Shown piece by piece: positions 9,784 to 18,390 of a stretch of DNA of 64,000 bases. A model generated the notes under the pieces. That model was not told the DNA's origin and did not search any database. It saw nothing but the letters and a program-made list of their open reading frames with translations. This DNA comes from a virus. Its lineage: Duplodnaviria; Caudoviricetes. The translations under genes were made by a program, and so were the position numbers. Location of the stretch: the IMG/VR virus record IMGVR_UViG_3300047157_000186. One strand, written 5' to 3'. Numbering within the stretch: position 1 is the first letter of the stretch; each line of letters opens with the position of its first letter.

Positions 9784-11137
9784 AATAATAACAGTTCTGT
9801 TATTCTTAGCACCACTAGTCAGTTATGGCCAGTGGTCTTATACGTTTACAGATCCATGTACTCTGAATCAACAAACAATTCAAATGGGTTCAAGTGATGA
9901 GATTGCCTTAAATTATTTTGGCAATGTTCAGACATTTACACAACCAGATTTTACAGATGGTACTTTTGATGCATGGATGAATTTAGTTACTCAGGCTAAT
10001 TCTGCGAATCCATGTCAAGCGTGTAACTCAAGTTATTACAAATAATACAAATGCTATAATAGTTCAAAATACTATTACAGTAATTACAAATATAATGAAT
10101 GTGTTAGGTGGAGATATGTTACCACAAGCACTTTCATCATCAGGTGTTCCAGTAGCAGAGGCTATTGATAATGCAAACTAAAAAAGAAGAAAAAAAAGAA
10201 AAAGAAGAAATCAGACGAACAAAGTTCTAACTCTAATAAAGAATCTGAAGATTCTAATAGTGAATCTAATAGTTCTGATAATAAAAATAATGAGAATAGT
10301 AATTCAGAGACTAGTTCGGAACAATCCAATGGCTCTGGTTCTAATCAAACTAGTGGTGGACAAGGTAATACAGGTGGAAGTGGCACTTCAACAGGTAGCG
10401 CTGAAACAAAAACTGAAGATGAATCAAAAGAAGGCGCTTTATCTATGTCTTTAGCTAATTCTGTTTCAAATGCAGTAGATGGTGGAGAATCAGATAATAA
10501 AAACAGAGGTTCTTTAATTGCATCAGGTGATATTGTAGTTATTGACAACCAAGATAACTCAAATGGACGTCAAGTAAAAGTAGTAGGTTCTATTACTAGT
10601 GCTAATACAAAAAAGAGCAGAGTTCAAGGAGCACTATTTACATATACAACTGTAACTAATGATTTTAGTTTAACTTTCTATAAATCATGGATTAATCCGA
10701 ATAGAACATTTAATCTAGTAGGTGCAAATACTACAATGACAGATTTTAATCAAAATCATTTAAACACAACTACTGTTTTAGAATCATTTAAGTTTGGTAA
10801 GAAGAAATTCACTGGAATGGCTGGTTTAAATTTTACTATAGGTAAATTAGGTAAAAGAGAACTACAAAATCTATCAGCAGTTACTGGAGTTCATAGAAAC
10901 TTTAGAGTTAGTCCAAAGATTACAACATCGGCTTTAATTCTAGGAGTCTATTCTCCATTCACACAATACTATGAAGGTCAATGGTGGGATCCAGGTGTTC
11001 TTATAGTTCCATTTAGTTCTTGGGATATACAAATTACAAAAACATTTAAATACAATATCAGTTTTACTGGAGTTTGGCAATCAGGTGGAAATGCCCTCAA
11101 CTATCAAATACTAACTGGTGGTAAAATTAGATTCTAA
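9764..11137 (+). CDS. Secreted protein with a Ser/Asn/Gly linker and a probable C-terminal beta-barrel; two frameshifts (near 10020 and 10180)
   Basis: Fragments 9764-10045 and 10445-11137 are bridged by open frames (VTQVITNN..., SDEQSSNS...); alternating beta pattern ending GGKIRF. Confidence 0.6.
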
Positions 11138-11138
11138 T

Positions 11139-11579
11139 ATGAAAAAGCTATTAATACTCCTATTCTTAATTCCAACTATGTTATTCGCACAAGATTGTTA
11201 TACTGTTAAGAATGTAACAACAGAAGTTGAAATGGAAGAGATCAGCCAAAGAAGAATTACATTTGGTATTAAACAAATGATGGAAGATGTTATTTCAGAC
11301 AAGTATGATTTATGTTTAGATGGTAAGCCAGTTGAAGTTAAAGTAACTTCAATAGAAGCACCAACGACTGGAATATCGATAGGACCGTGGACTAAAGTGA
11401 GTAAAAAAACAATAGTCACTTTACTAATCTATATGGATGATAATGTAATTGAAGTTGAAGGAATGGCTAAATCTACAGTTAAAGCTACATTCATCGATTT
11501 ACAAGATGAGAACTTACCTTTTAATAAGACAGTATTTGCGTCTGCAATCAAGAAAGCTATCGAGAAATCTCTAAAATAG
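11139..11579 (+). CDS. Secreted protein, possibly a minimal CsgG-like paralogue
   Basis: LFA|QD; the C-terminal FNKTVFASAIKKAIE parallels FNQSTIGIATKKALE of the 9079 protein. Confidence 0.6.
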   Translation: MKKLLILLFLIPTMLFAQDCYTVKNVTTEVEMEEISQRRITFGIKQMMEDVISDKYDLCLDGKPVEVKVTSIEAPTTGISIGPWTKVSKKTIVTLLIYMDDNVIEVEGMAKSTVKATFIDLQDENLPFNKTVFASAIKKAIEKSLK

Positions 11580-11592
11580 GGTTTACCTGTTG

Positions 11593-11619
11593 AAACTATT
11601 TATATTTAATGTCGTATAA
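11593..11619 (+). promoter_or_regulatory. Putative AAAC-N17/18-TATAA promoter
   Basis: TGAAAC-N16-CGTATAA upstream of 11640. Confidence 0.5.
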
Positions 11620-11639
11620 GTATTATAAAAAATATAAAT

Positions 11640-11921
11640 ATGAAATTTACAGTTAAAGAAACACCTTACATTAGGTATCAAATGACAACTCATCAAGGTA
11701 CTGTTTTATTTGATGAAGAAGAAGTTACATTTAGATTTTCTGAAGATGATAATGGTTCTGAATTCTATATTTTAGGTGAAACAGGCTTTGAACAAAGTCC
11801 TTTAGAAGATCCAAAACATATTGCTATTTACGCGGCTATCATGGAATGGGGTAATCCTGAGGAATTAGAACAAGGTGAAGAAATCGAATTGGATCAAGAA
11901 ACACTTGATCTATATCAATAA
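11640..11921 (+). CDS. Acidic hypothetical protein
   Basis: ORF with a promoter motif and typical codon usage. Confidence 0.65.
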   Translation: MKFTVKETPYIRYQMTTHQGTVLFDEEEVTFRFSEDDNGSEFYILGETGFEQSPLEDPKHIAIYAAIMEWGNPEELEQGEEIELDQETLDLYQ

Positions 11922-11932
11922 ATTAACCCCAA

Positions 11933-12244
11933 ATGGCAAATCTTAAAAAGAAATACAATAGAACTAAATCTGAATTAGTTAGGGCTTTAAATAAGTCTGA
12001 TAGAAGAACAGTAGTACTTAGTATTAAAGTGGTAGAAACTTCTAAAATTAAAGAACATCTTATTTATGAATGTTTATATTTAGATAATGGTAAAGAAAAG
12101 AATGTTACTATTATAGCCCAAGATATTACTAATGCAATGTTAAAACTTGAGCCTTATCTTGGTGCAGGTATTCCTGACACAACAACTAATTTAATTCTGG
12201 GAAGTGAAAGATATCCTAATGTACCTTTAGATCCGCCAGTATAA
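11933..12244 (+). CDS. Hypothetical protein
   Basis: Operon-packed ORF. Confidence 0.65.
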   Translation: MANLKKKYNRTKSELVRALNKSDRRTVVLSIKVVETSKIKEHLIYECLYLDNGKEKNVTIIAQDITNAMLKLEPYLGAGIPDTTTNLILGSERYPNVPLDPPV

Positions 12245-12252
12245 AAAAAATT

Positions 12253-12543
12253 ATGAAAAAAGCAATATACTTTATATCTTTATTAATATTAACCTCATGT
12301 TCTGAAGATTCTATTACACAACAAGAAACTAAAGAAGAAAATGGTTACAAAGTCACAATAGTAGAATTTGATGGATGTGAATATGTAAGTTTTAAAAAGA
12401 ATTGGAGTACCAGTTCAAGTATTACCCATAAAGGTAATTGTAAAAATCACAATTATTTAGATGGAAGATCATTTAATGATAAAGTCGAAGCTCTTAGAGA
12501 AGAAAGTGGGCTTATCGACAATCTACTAAACAATATAAAATAG
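12253..12543 (+). CDS. Lipoprotein of unknown function
   Basis: Lipobox LTS-C; EFDGCEY motif. Confidence 0.65.
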   Translation: MKKAIYFISLLILTSCSEDSITQQETKEENGYKVTIVEFDGCEYVSFKKNWSTSSSITHKGNCKNHNYLDGRSFNDKVEALREESGLIDNLLNNIK

Positions 12544-12936
12544 ATGGAGTTAATAAGTACGCATCCGGTCAAGAAGTCCGACTTGGGATTTCATGGCAAT
12601 CTTTTTGGTGGAAAATTATTAGCATGGGTTGACGCAGCGGGAGCTGCATATGCTTCCCAAGTATGCGATACACCAAGAATGGTAACAGTTCTCATAGATA
12701 AATGTGTTTTTAAAAAACCAGCAAAAGAAGGACATCTCCTTAAAATATACGGTGAAGTAGAAACAATAGGAAACTCATCTGTCACCCTAAAAGTTGAAGC
12801 AAGATCACATAATGTATACAACGGTAAACAAGGCATTATACTTGCAACACATATTAAATTTGTAAGAGTAGACGAACAAGGTGAAGCAATTTCTGTCAGT
12901 AGTAGAGTTAGAGATAAATATATGGGTGATATATAA
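12544..12936 (+). CDS. Acyl-CoA thioesterase (HotDog fold)
   Basis: DLGFHGNLFGGKLLAWVD...IGNSSVTLKVEA...FVRVD. Confidence 0.9.
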   Translation: MELISTHPVKKSDLGFHGNLFGGKLLAWVDAAGAAYASQVCDTPRMVTVLIDKCVFKKPAKEGHLLKIYGEVETIGNSSVTLKVEARSHNVYNGKQGIILATHIKFVRVDEQGEAISVSSRVRDKYMGDI

Positions 12937-12969
12937 AATGGGTGTTTAATTAAAAAACATTAAAAAATC

Positions 12970-13263
12970 ATGAGCAATACAGAAAAGTTTCTACAACTAT
13001 TTTCAGATTTTGATATGGTAGTAGTAGAAAAAACAGTAAACAAGCCAAAAAAGACGATTAAGGCAACGTCCAGTATTAACGCTAATCAAACGAGAAGCGA
13101 ACTAAAAAAAGCTTTAAAAAGATTGACAGAGGAATATAGCAGAGCTAGAAAATCCTTTAAACAAAATAAATTAAGCCGTCAAGAATTATTTGATTTTGAA
13201 TGGAGATTATTTGAAATTCAAGAAGAAATCAATAGATTAGATGACGAGGCAACGACAGAATGA
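12970..13263 (+). CDS. Hypothetical coiled-coil protein
   Basis: Heptad-like charged helices. Confidence 0.6.
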   Translation: MSNTEKFLQLFSDFDMVVVEKTVNKPKKTIKATSSINANQTRSELKKALKRLTEEYSRARKSFKQNKLSRQELFDFEWRLFEIQEEINRLDDEATTE

Positions 13264-13922
13264 GATTAGAATCACTTAGTACATTTATTATAGATAGATT
13301 GGTTTTTAGAAAAGAACCAAAAGATAAACATGTAATAAGATTAAGTGCAACACAAGATAAAGAATGGTTTAAATCATATTCAGAAGATGCACCCATAGAA
13401 TTACCACCTTCAAATTCATCTGAATTAGTAAAACTAGAATTATTAGATATGGCAATAGAATGTGCCAGTACAAAAAAGCCAGCAAAATTAGAACATAAAT
13501 ATGACGATGATTTTATGTGGGCATTTAAAGAATTAGTTAAATCTAATGATTTACAATGGTCAAATAAATATTTTAAATATTTGATCAAAGCAGCTGGTGA
13601 TAGAATAATTAGATTAAAATATAAATACAATAGACCAAGACCATACCAATTAGCACCATATCATGGTGTAGATATAAAGGTATTCGGTTCTGATACAGCA
13701 AAAACTCCATCATTTCCATCAGGTCACACTGCCCAAAGTATATTAGTGGCAAAAATAATAGGTGATGTATACCCCCAATTAAAAGAAGATGCTATGAAAA
13801 TAGCGGATGATGTTTCTAAATCAAGAATAGTAGGAGGTCATCACTTTAAATCAGATATTGAATTTGGTGAAAAGATAGGAATGTGGTTGTATAATAACTT
13901 AGTTAAAGAATGGAAGAAATAG
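13260..13922 (+). CDS. PAP2-family phosphatase
   Basis: KYKYNRPRP, PSFPSGH, SRIVGGHHFKSD. Confidence 0.9.
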   Translation: MRLESLSTFIIDRLVFRKEPKDKHVIRLSATQDKEWFKSYSEDAPIELPPSNSSELVKLELLDMAIECASTKKPAKLEHKYDDDFMWAFKELVKSNDLQWSNKYFKYLIKAAGDRIIRLKYKYNRPRPYQLAPYHGVDIKVFGSDTAKTPSFPSGHTAQSILVAKIIGDVYPQLKEDAMKIADDVSKSRIVGGHHFKSDIEFGEKIGMWLYNNLVKEWKK

Positions 13923-14215
13923 TATCTAAATTTGTAGGAGAATGGGGATGGTTGACGGCTGTTGCGATAATAACATTTGCATTTAAAGATCTTGTTTCTA
14001 ATTTTGTAATAGGAGCACAGTTTTTATATGGCAATGATTACAATATAGATGATATAGTTTACATTAGAGGAGCTAAAAAGGCCAGAATAGTAAGACAAAA
14101 TATATGGAAAACTGTTTTTTATGTATATGGTCACGATAGAAAATTTATAGTTCCAAATAATATGTTATGGAGATTAGAAATAGAAAAAGACATACCAAAA
14201 AATGAAACACATTAA
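13910..14215 (+). CDS. Small MscS-like membrane protein
   Basis: TM helix followed by FKDLVSNFVIG...DDIVYIRG...FIVPN. Confidence 0.6.
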   Translation: MEEIVSKFVGEWGWLTAVAIITFAFKDLVSNFVIGAQFLYGNDYNIDDIVYIRGAKKARIVRQNIWKTVFYVYGHDRKFIVPNNMLWRLEIEKDIPKNETH

Positions 14216-14465
14216 AACACAAAAGATTTACGAAGATGCACAAAAAGTTGCTGACTTAAATCAAAAGATTAGAGATTTAGATAAAAAGAAAACCGATATC
14301 AAGATAAAGGCCGCTGATACTGCTAAAAAGCAAAGAGAAGAAGAGGATCCATTGAAATCCGAGTTACATGCGATCGCTGCACAAAAACTTTCTTTACAAG
14401 CACAAATAGTAAAATTAGATATTAAAACTGCTGCCATTAAAATAAGACAAGAAAATAATAAATAA
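14202..14465 (+). CDS. Coiled-coil protein with a partial CTS-like N-terminus
   Basis: MKHIKTQKIYED followed by heptad repeats. Confidence 0.6.
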   Translation: MKHIKTQKIYEDAQKVADLNQKIRDLDKKKTDIKIKAADTAKKQREEEDPLKSELHAIAAQKLSLQAQIVKLDIKTAAIKIRQENNK

Positions 14466-14489
14466 ACTTTTTTAAAAGGGTTTATATAA
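14464..14489 (+). promoter_or_regulatory. Putative AAAC-N17-TATAA promoter
   Basis: Exact spacing, directly before the ATG at 14496. Confidence 0.45.
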
Positions 14490-14495
14490 CTTAAG

Positions 14496-15095
14496 ATGAA
14501 ATACGTTAAAAGATATGAAGCTTATTTAAATGAAGCAAGAAGGCCAGGTAAACCATATCATGGGTCTAAAATTCTTGTATTTGATCTTGATGATACATTA
14601 GTTATATCTTCTGCAAAAATCAAGGTGTGTAATAAAAAAACAGGTGAATGTTATTCTCTAACACCTGAAGAATTCAATACATATGAAAAAGGTGAACATG
14701 AAGAATTAAACTTTGACGAGTTTAAATCTTTAGAGATTATGAAAGCCGGTAAATTAATAGAATATTATCTTAAAATATTCAAAGAAGCTTATAAGTCAAA
14801 ATTAGCAGTAGGAATTGTTACGGCAAGAGATGATCGTAAAATGATTCATAAATGGCTAAGAGAACACGTAGGATATAGAATTGATTATGAATTAATATTT
14901 GCAGTTAATGATCCTATTCACAAATTCAAAGGTAATATATCTGATCGTAAAAAAGCAGCATTCAAAGAACTTATAGAAATGGGTTACAATGATATGCAGT
15001 TTTATGATGATGACGATGCTAACCTAAAATTAGTAAAATCATTAGAAGACGAATACGATGGGATAAATATATCAACAATAAAAGCAATAAAATAA
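14496..15095 (+). CDS. HAD-superfamily phosphatase with a CTS-like N-terminus
   Basis: FDLDDT, VTAR, K, FYDDD motifs; MKYVKRYEAYLNE. Confidence 0.8.
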   Translation: MKYVKRYEAYLNEARRPGKPYHGSKILVFDLDDTLVISSAKIKVCNKKTGECYSLTPEEFNTYEKGEHEELNFDEFKSLEIMKAGKLIEYYLKIFKEAYKSKLAVGIVTARDDRKMIHKWLREHVGYRIDYELIFAVNDPIHKFKGNISDRKKAAFKELIEMGYNDMQFYDDDDANLKLVKSLEDEYDGINISTIKAIK

Positions 15096-15096
15096 T

Positions 15097-16710
15097 ATGA
15101 GTACATTCGGAGATATTAGAAATAACTTTCAGATTGCAATGAACAGAAAACAAGCTGAAATAAATGAGAAAGTCAAATATAATTACAAAAGAGAATTTTT
15201 TAACTCAGCATATACTGATTGGATGAAATCTGCTTCTTATCCAGGTGCGATCACTAAATTTGGTACAGGTGAACAATTAAGAGCAGATTTAGGGGTAGAA
15301 CCAACTGACAATACAACTCAAATGTTAATAGCATCTGGTTTACCTAAAGATTATTTTGAAATTGAAATACAATATCCTGGAGATGACAAATCACTTTCCG
15401 GAACATTTCCAACCGTAGTTGTTACGATACTAAAAGATATTAATATTGGAACTGAAACTTTTTTAAAAGGTGAAGAATATCTTATTGTAAGTAATGTGGC
15501 TAAAACAAAAACCGGAGAAAAAGCAATAATAGGAAGAGGTAAATTAACACCTAAGGCTCTAGGACTAGATGGAAAGGGAGCTACTTATGGAACAATAGAT
15601 ATTATATGTAAAGCAGCTATTGATGCAGTTGAAAAAAAATACGGTAACACCTTTCCTAAACCATACATAGACTATATTAAAGATCTAGTAGAGTATACTA
15701 GAAATCAAGATACATATAAAATTCCCGGGAATTTAAAAACATTTCTTAAAGAAGCAGGTCAAAGTTTTGAATTGGATTTTGGTAAAAATATACAAGAAGA
15801 ATATGGAATAGACTCGGTTTCATTAGCAAAAATAGCAAATGATTTTGGAGAAATATTAGGAGGTATATTTTTATTCAGTGCAGTTAGCGATCCTGGGACG
15901 GGCTTAAGTTTTCCACAAGGAGCAAATGCTGCGTTAGTAGATTTTCATTTTGATGGATGGGACATATCTTCAAAAGCTGGTAAAAAAGGAGGAACTCCAT
16001 CTATCGTCACGATGTGTGAAATAATACATAATAGAGTTTCTGATAAGAATTCCGAACAGAATTTTGTTTTAGACAAGTCTGAAAGAAAAACATATGATGA
16101 TATAATCAAAGTGATTGCTGATCCTAAAACAAATGGAGGATATACTAAAGAGCCTAATCAAGGAAGACAATCAAATGTATGGCTAACAAATATTGTTTTA
16201 GCAAATAGTCTTTTATATAACAATAAAACTTCCGGATATAGGTCTATTTTAGATAAATTAGGAATAAACAATATGGAAGTTTCTAGGCATATACTTCATG
16301 AAAAAGTAGATGAACTATTTAATAGAGATCAAGGAGAATGGTATAAAATAATGGATGAATTTTGGAGCAAAACAGGTTCCAGGCCTGATGGTTGTAAGAA
16401 TGAACAATCAGCAGTAACATATTATGCTAAAAGACTTAAGAAAAACGACCAATATAGGTTTGGTGTTATTTTTTATCCTATTTCTCAGGAACTAGTAAAA
16501 ACTATAAATAGCAATAAAGTATATGTTGACGGTTTATCTTCTATGGTAAACAGAGTCAGTTCAGTTCAACAGTTGTATTTATTAATAGGTGTAAAATCAA
16601 CAGGCATTCAATTTAAAATTAAAGATTTTGCAGCCGCAAGGTTTCAGTTTAGCGCAGGAACTGGGGCAAATGAGCCATTTAATAAAAACATAGGGCTTGA
16701 ATCTAGATAA
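15097..16710 (+). CDS. Large hypothetical protein, possibly PD-(D/E)XK fold
   Basis: DFGEILG...FP...N..LVDF...DISSK resembles the nuclease-fold motif order. Confidence 0.6.
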   Translation: MSTFGDIRNNFQIAMNRKQAEINEKVKYNYKREFFNSAYTDWMKSASYPGAITKFGTGEQLRADLGVEPTDNTTQMLIASGLPKDYFEIEIQYPGDDKSLSGTFPTVVVTILKDINIGTETFLKGEEYLIVSNVAKTKTGEKAIIGRGKLTPKALGLDGKGATYGTIDIICKAAIDAVEKKYGNTFPKPYIDYIKDLVEYTRNQDTYKIPGNLKTFLKEAGQSFELDFGKNIQEEYGIDSVSLAKIANDFGEILGGIFLFSAVSDPGTGLSFPQGANAALVDFHFDGWDISSKAGKKGGTPSIVTMCEIIHNRVSDKNSEQNFVLDKSERKTYDDIIKVIADPKTNGGYTKEPNQGRQSNVWLTNIVLANSLLYNNKTSGYRSILDKLGINNMEVSRHILHEKVDELFNRDQGEWYKIMDEFWSKTGSRPDGCKNEQSAVTYYAKRLKKNDQYRFGVIFYPISQELVKTINSNKVYVDGLSSMVNRVSSVQQLYLLIGVKSTGIQFKIKDFAAARFQFSAGTGANEPFNKNIGLESR

Positions 16711-16715
16711 AAAAT

Positions 16716-16741
16716 AAACCATTCTAAATTTATTCGTATAA
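16716..16741 (+). promoter_or_regulatory. Putative AAAC-N17-TATAA promoter
   Basis: Upstream of kdsA. Confidence 0.5.
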
Positions 16742-16762
16742 CATCTATAAACGAATATAAAA

Positions 16763-17509
16763 ATGCAAGATTACACATACATACTAGGTCCTTGTAGTAT
16801 TGAGAACGAGGACAACTTCATGTTAGTTGCTGAAACACTTTATCCATTAATGAATGGAAAAGATTGGTATCTTAAAGGCAGTTTCGATAAAGCTAATAGA
16901 ACTTCAATTCACTCTAATAGAGGTCCAGGTTTGGACGAAGGTATTAATATTATGAGAAATGTCAAAGATAGATTTCCTGATATTAAAATAGTTACTGACA
17001 TTCATGAAACAAGTCAAGCATTACCATTATCTGATGTGGTAGATGTAATTCAAATTCCAGCATTCTTATGTAGACAAACAGATCTATTAGTAGAGTGTGC
17101 AAAACATTTCAATACTATTAATGTTAAGAAAGGACAGTGGTTATCGGCAGATGCTATGAAACATGCTGTTACTAAAATTAAAGAAGTAAATCCTAATTGT
17201 CAAGTTTGGCTTACTGAAAGAGGTTCTAACTTTGGATATGATAGATTAATTGTAGATTTTAGAGGTGTTGATGTAATGAAAGAATTTGCAGACAAAGTTA
17301 TCTTTGATTGTACACACTCTACTCAAATGGCAGGTGACGGTATTACAGGAGGAAGTCGTAAATTGGCAAAGCAATATTCTCAAGCAGCTCGTATATTTGA
17401 ATATGATGGAGTGTTCGTTGAAACACACCCAGATCCTGAAAATGCCATCTCAGATTCAGGTAGTCAAGTAGAATTAGACTGGCTTGTAAATAATTTAAAA
17501 AATATTTAA
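16763..17509 (+). CDS. kdsA: Kdo-8-phosphate synthase
   Basis: GPCSIE, SFDKANRTS, QIPAFLCRQTDL, KKGQW, TERG, FDCTHS, ETHPDP. Confidence 0.93.
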   Translation: MQDYTYILGPCSIENEDNFMLVAETLYPLMNGKDWYLKGSFDKANRTSIHSNRGPGLDEGINIMRNVKDRFPDIKIVTDIHETSQALPLSDVVDVIQIPAFLCRQTDLLVECAKHFNTINVKKGQWLSADAMKHAVTKIKEVNPNCQVWLTERGSNFGYDRLIVDFRGVDVMKEFADKVIFDCTHSTQMAGDGITGGSRKLAKQYSQAARIFEYDGVFVETHPDPENAISDSGSQVELDWLVNNLKNI

Positions 17510-17605
17510 AAAAATAGTATTATATTAAGAAACTATATTATAAAACGTGATATATAATATAAGAGAACGATAAAGTTCTTGTCTCTAAAAATAACGTGTT
17601 TTATA

Positions 17606-17776
17606 ATGGCTGAATTAATTCCAGGAGCTGCGTCGGTTCCTGAGAGTGATTCAACAACCGTAGAAGTTACAAGTGTTAAGAATGATCAAGTATTCGAAGT
17701 AAACGTAGAAGATCTTCAAAACACTGCGGATGATTACGCAAATTGGGTCCATTTCGGGGTCGGTGGTCCAGCTTAA
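17606..17776 (+). CDS. 56-aa acidic peptide in its own transcription unit
   Basis: ATG at 17606 after GATATATA (17549) and a small hairpin; followed by a terminator. Confidence 0.65.
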   Translation: MAELIPGAASVPESDSTTVEVTSVKNDQVFEVNVEDLQNTADDYANWVHFGVGGPA

Positions 17777-17788
17777 ACAAACTCAATG

Positions 17789-17821
17789 AAAAAGCAGCCA
17801 AAAGGCTGCTTTCTTCTTTTA
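17789..17821 (+). terminator. Intrinsic terminator
   Basis: AAAGCAGCC-AAAA-GGCTGCTTT followed by a T-rich tail. Confidence 0.8.
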
Positions 17822-17823
17822 TG

Positions 17824-17849
17824 AAACAAAAGACGGATAAATAGTATAA
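17824..17849 (+). promoter_or_regulatory. Putative AAAC-N17-TATAA promoter
   Basis: TGAAAC-N17-TATAA upstream of 17885. Confidence 0.5.
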
Positions 17850-17884
17850 GTAATAAGAATTTAATTAAATAAAAAACAAAAATT

Positions 17885-18358
17885 ATGAGCACAACATTAA
17901 TTGTATTGGCATTATTAGCGGTAGCCGCTGGTGCCTATTTCCTTTTGATCAAAAAGGGTAAAATCGAAGATAAAGACGGTGACTTTATTGCAGACGTAGT
18001 AGAAGACAAAGTAGATTCTATTAAGAAAGAAGTAAAGCGTAGAGCTAAAAACGTTAAAGCTGAAATTGGTGATGTTAAAAAAGCATCTAAAGAATTATTG
18101 GATCAAGCATCTGATGTTGCAGAAGCAGCAGCAGGTAAAACTAGAAAAGGTAGAAAACCAGCTGCTAAAAAAGCGCCAGCTAAAAAGAAACCAGCTAAAA
18201 GAAAAGCTAAAACTGGAAAAAATGTATCTAGTGGATCAGGTTCTGGTGCAGGTGAAATTATAGGAGGATCAGGAAAGGGTAGTTCTAGTGGATCAGGTTC
18301 TGGAAAAGGTTCTGGAAAAGGTTCTGGAAAAGGAAAAGGTGGTTCTGGAAAGAAATAA
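17885..18358 (+). CDS. Membrane-anchored protein with a histone-like Lys/Ala segment and a Gly/Ser tail
   Basis: N-terminal TM, KPAAKKAPAKKKPAKRKAK, GSGKG repeats. Confidence 0.75.
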   Translation: MSTTLIVLALLAVAAGAYFLLIKKGKIEDKDGDFIADVVEDKVDSIKKEVKRRAKNVKAEIGDVKKASKELLDQASDVAEAAAGKTRKGRKPAAKKAPAKKKPAKRKAKTGKNVSSGSGSGAGEIIGGSGKGSSSGSGSGKGSGKGSGKGKGGSGKK

Positions 18359-18390
18359 GAATATATAAATAAAAATATACAATCAAAAAT

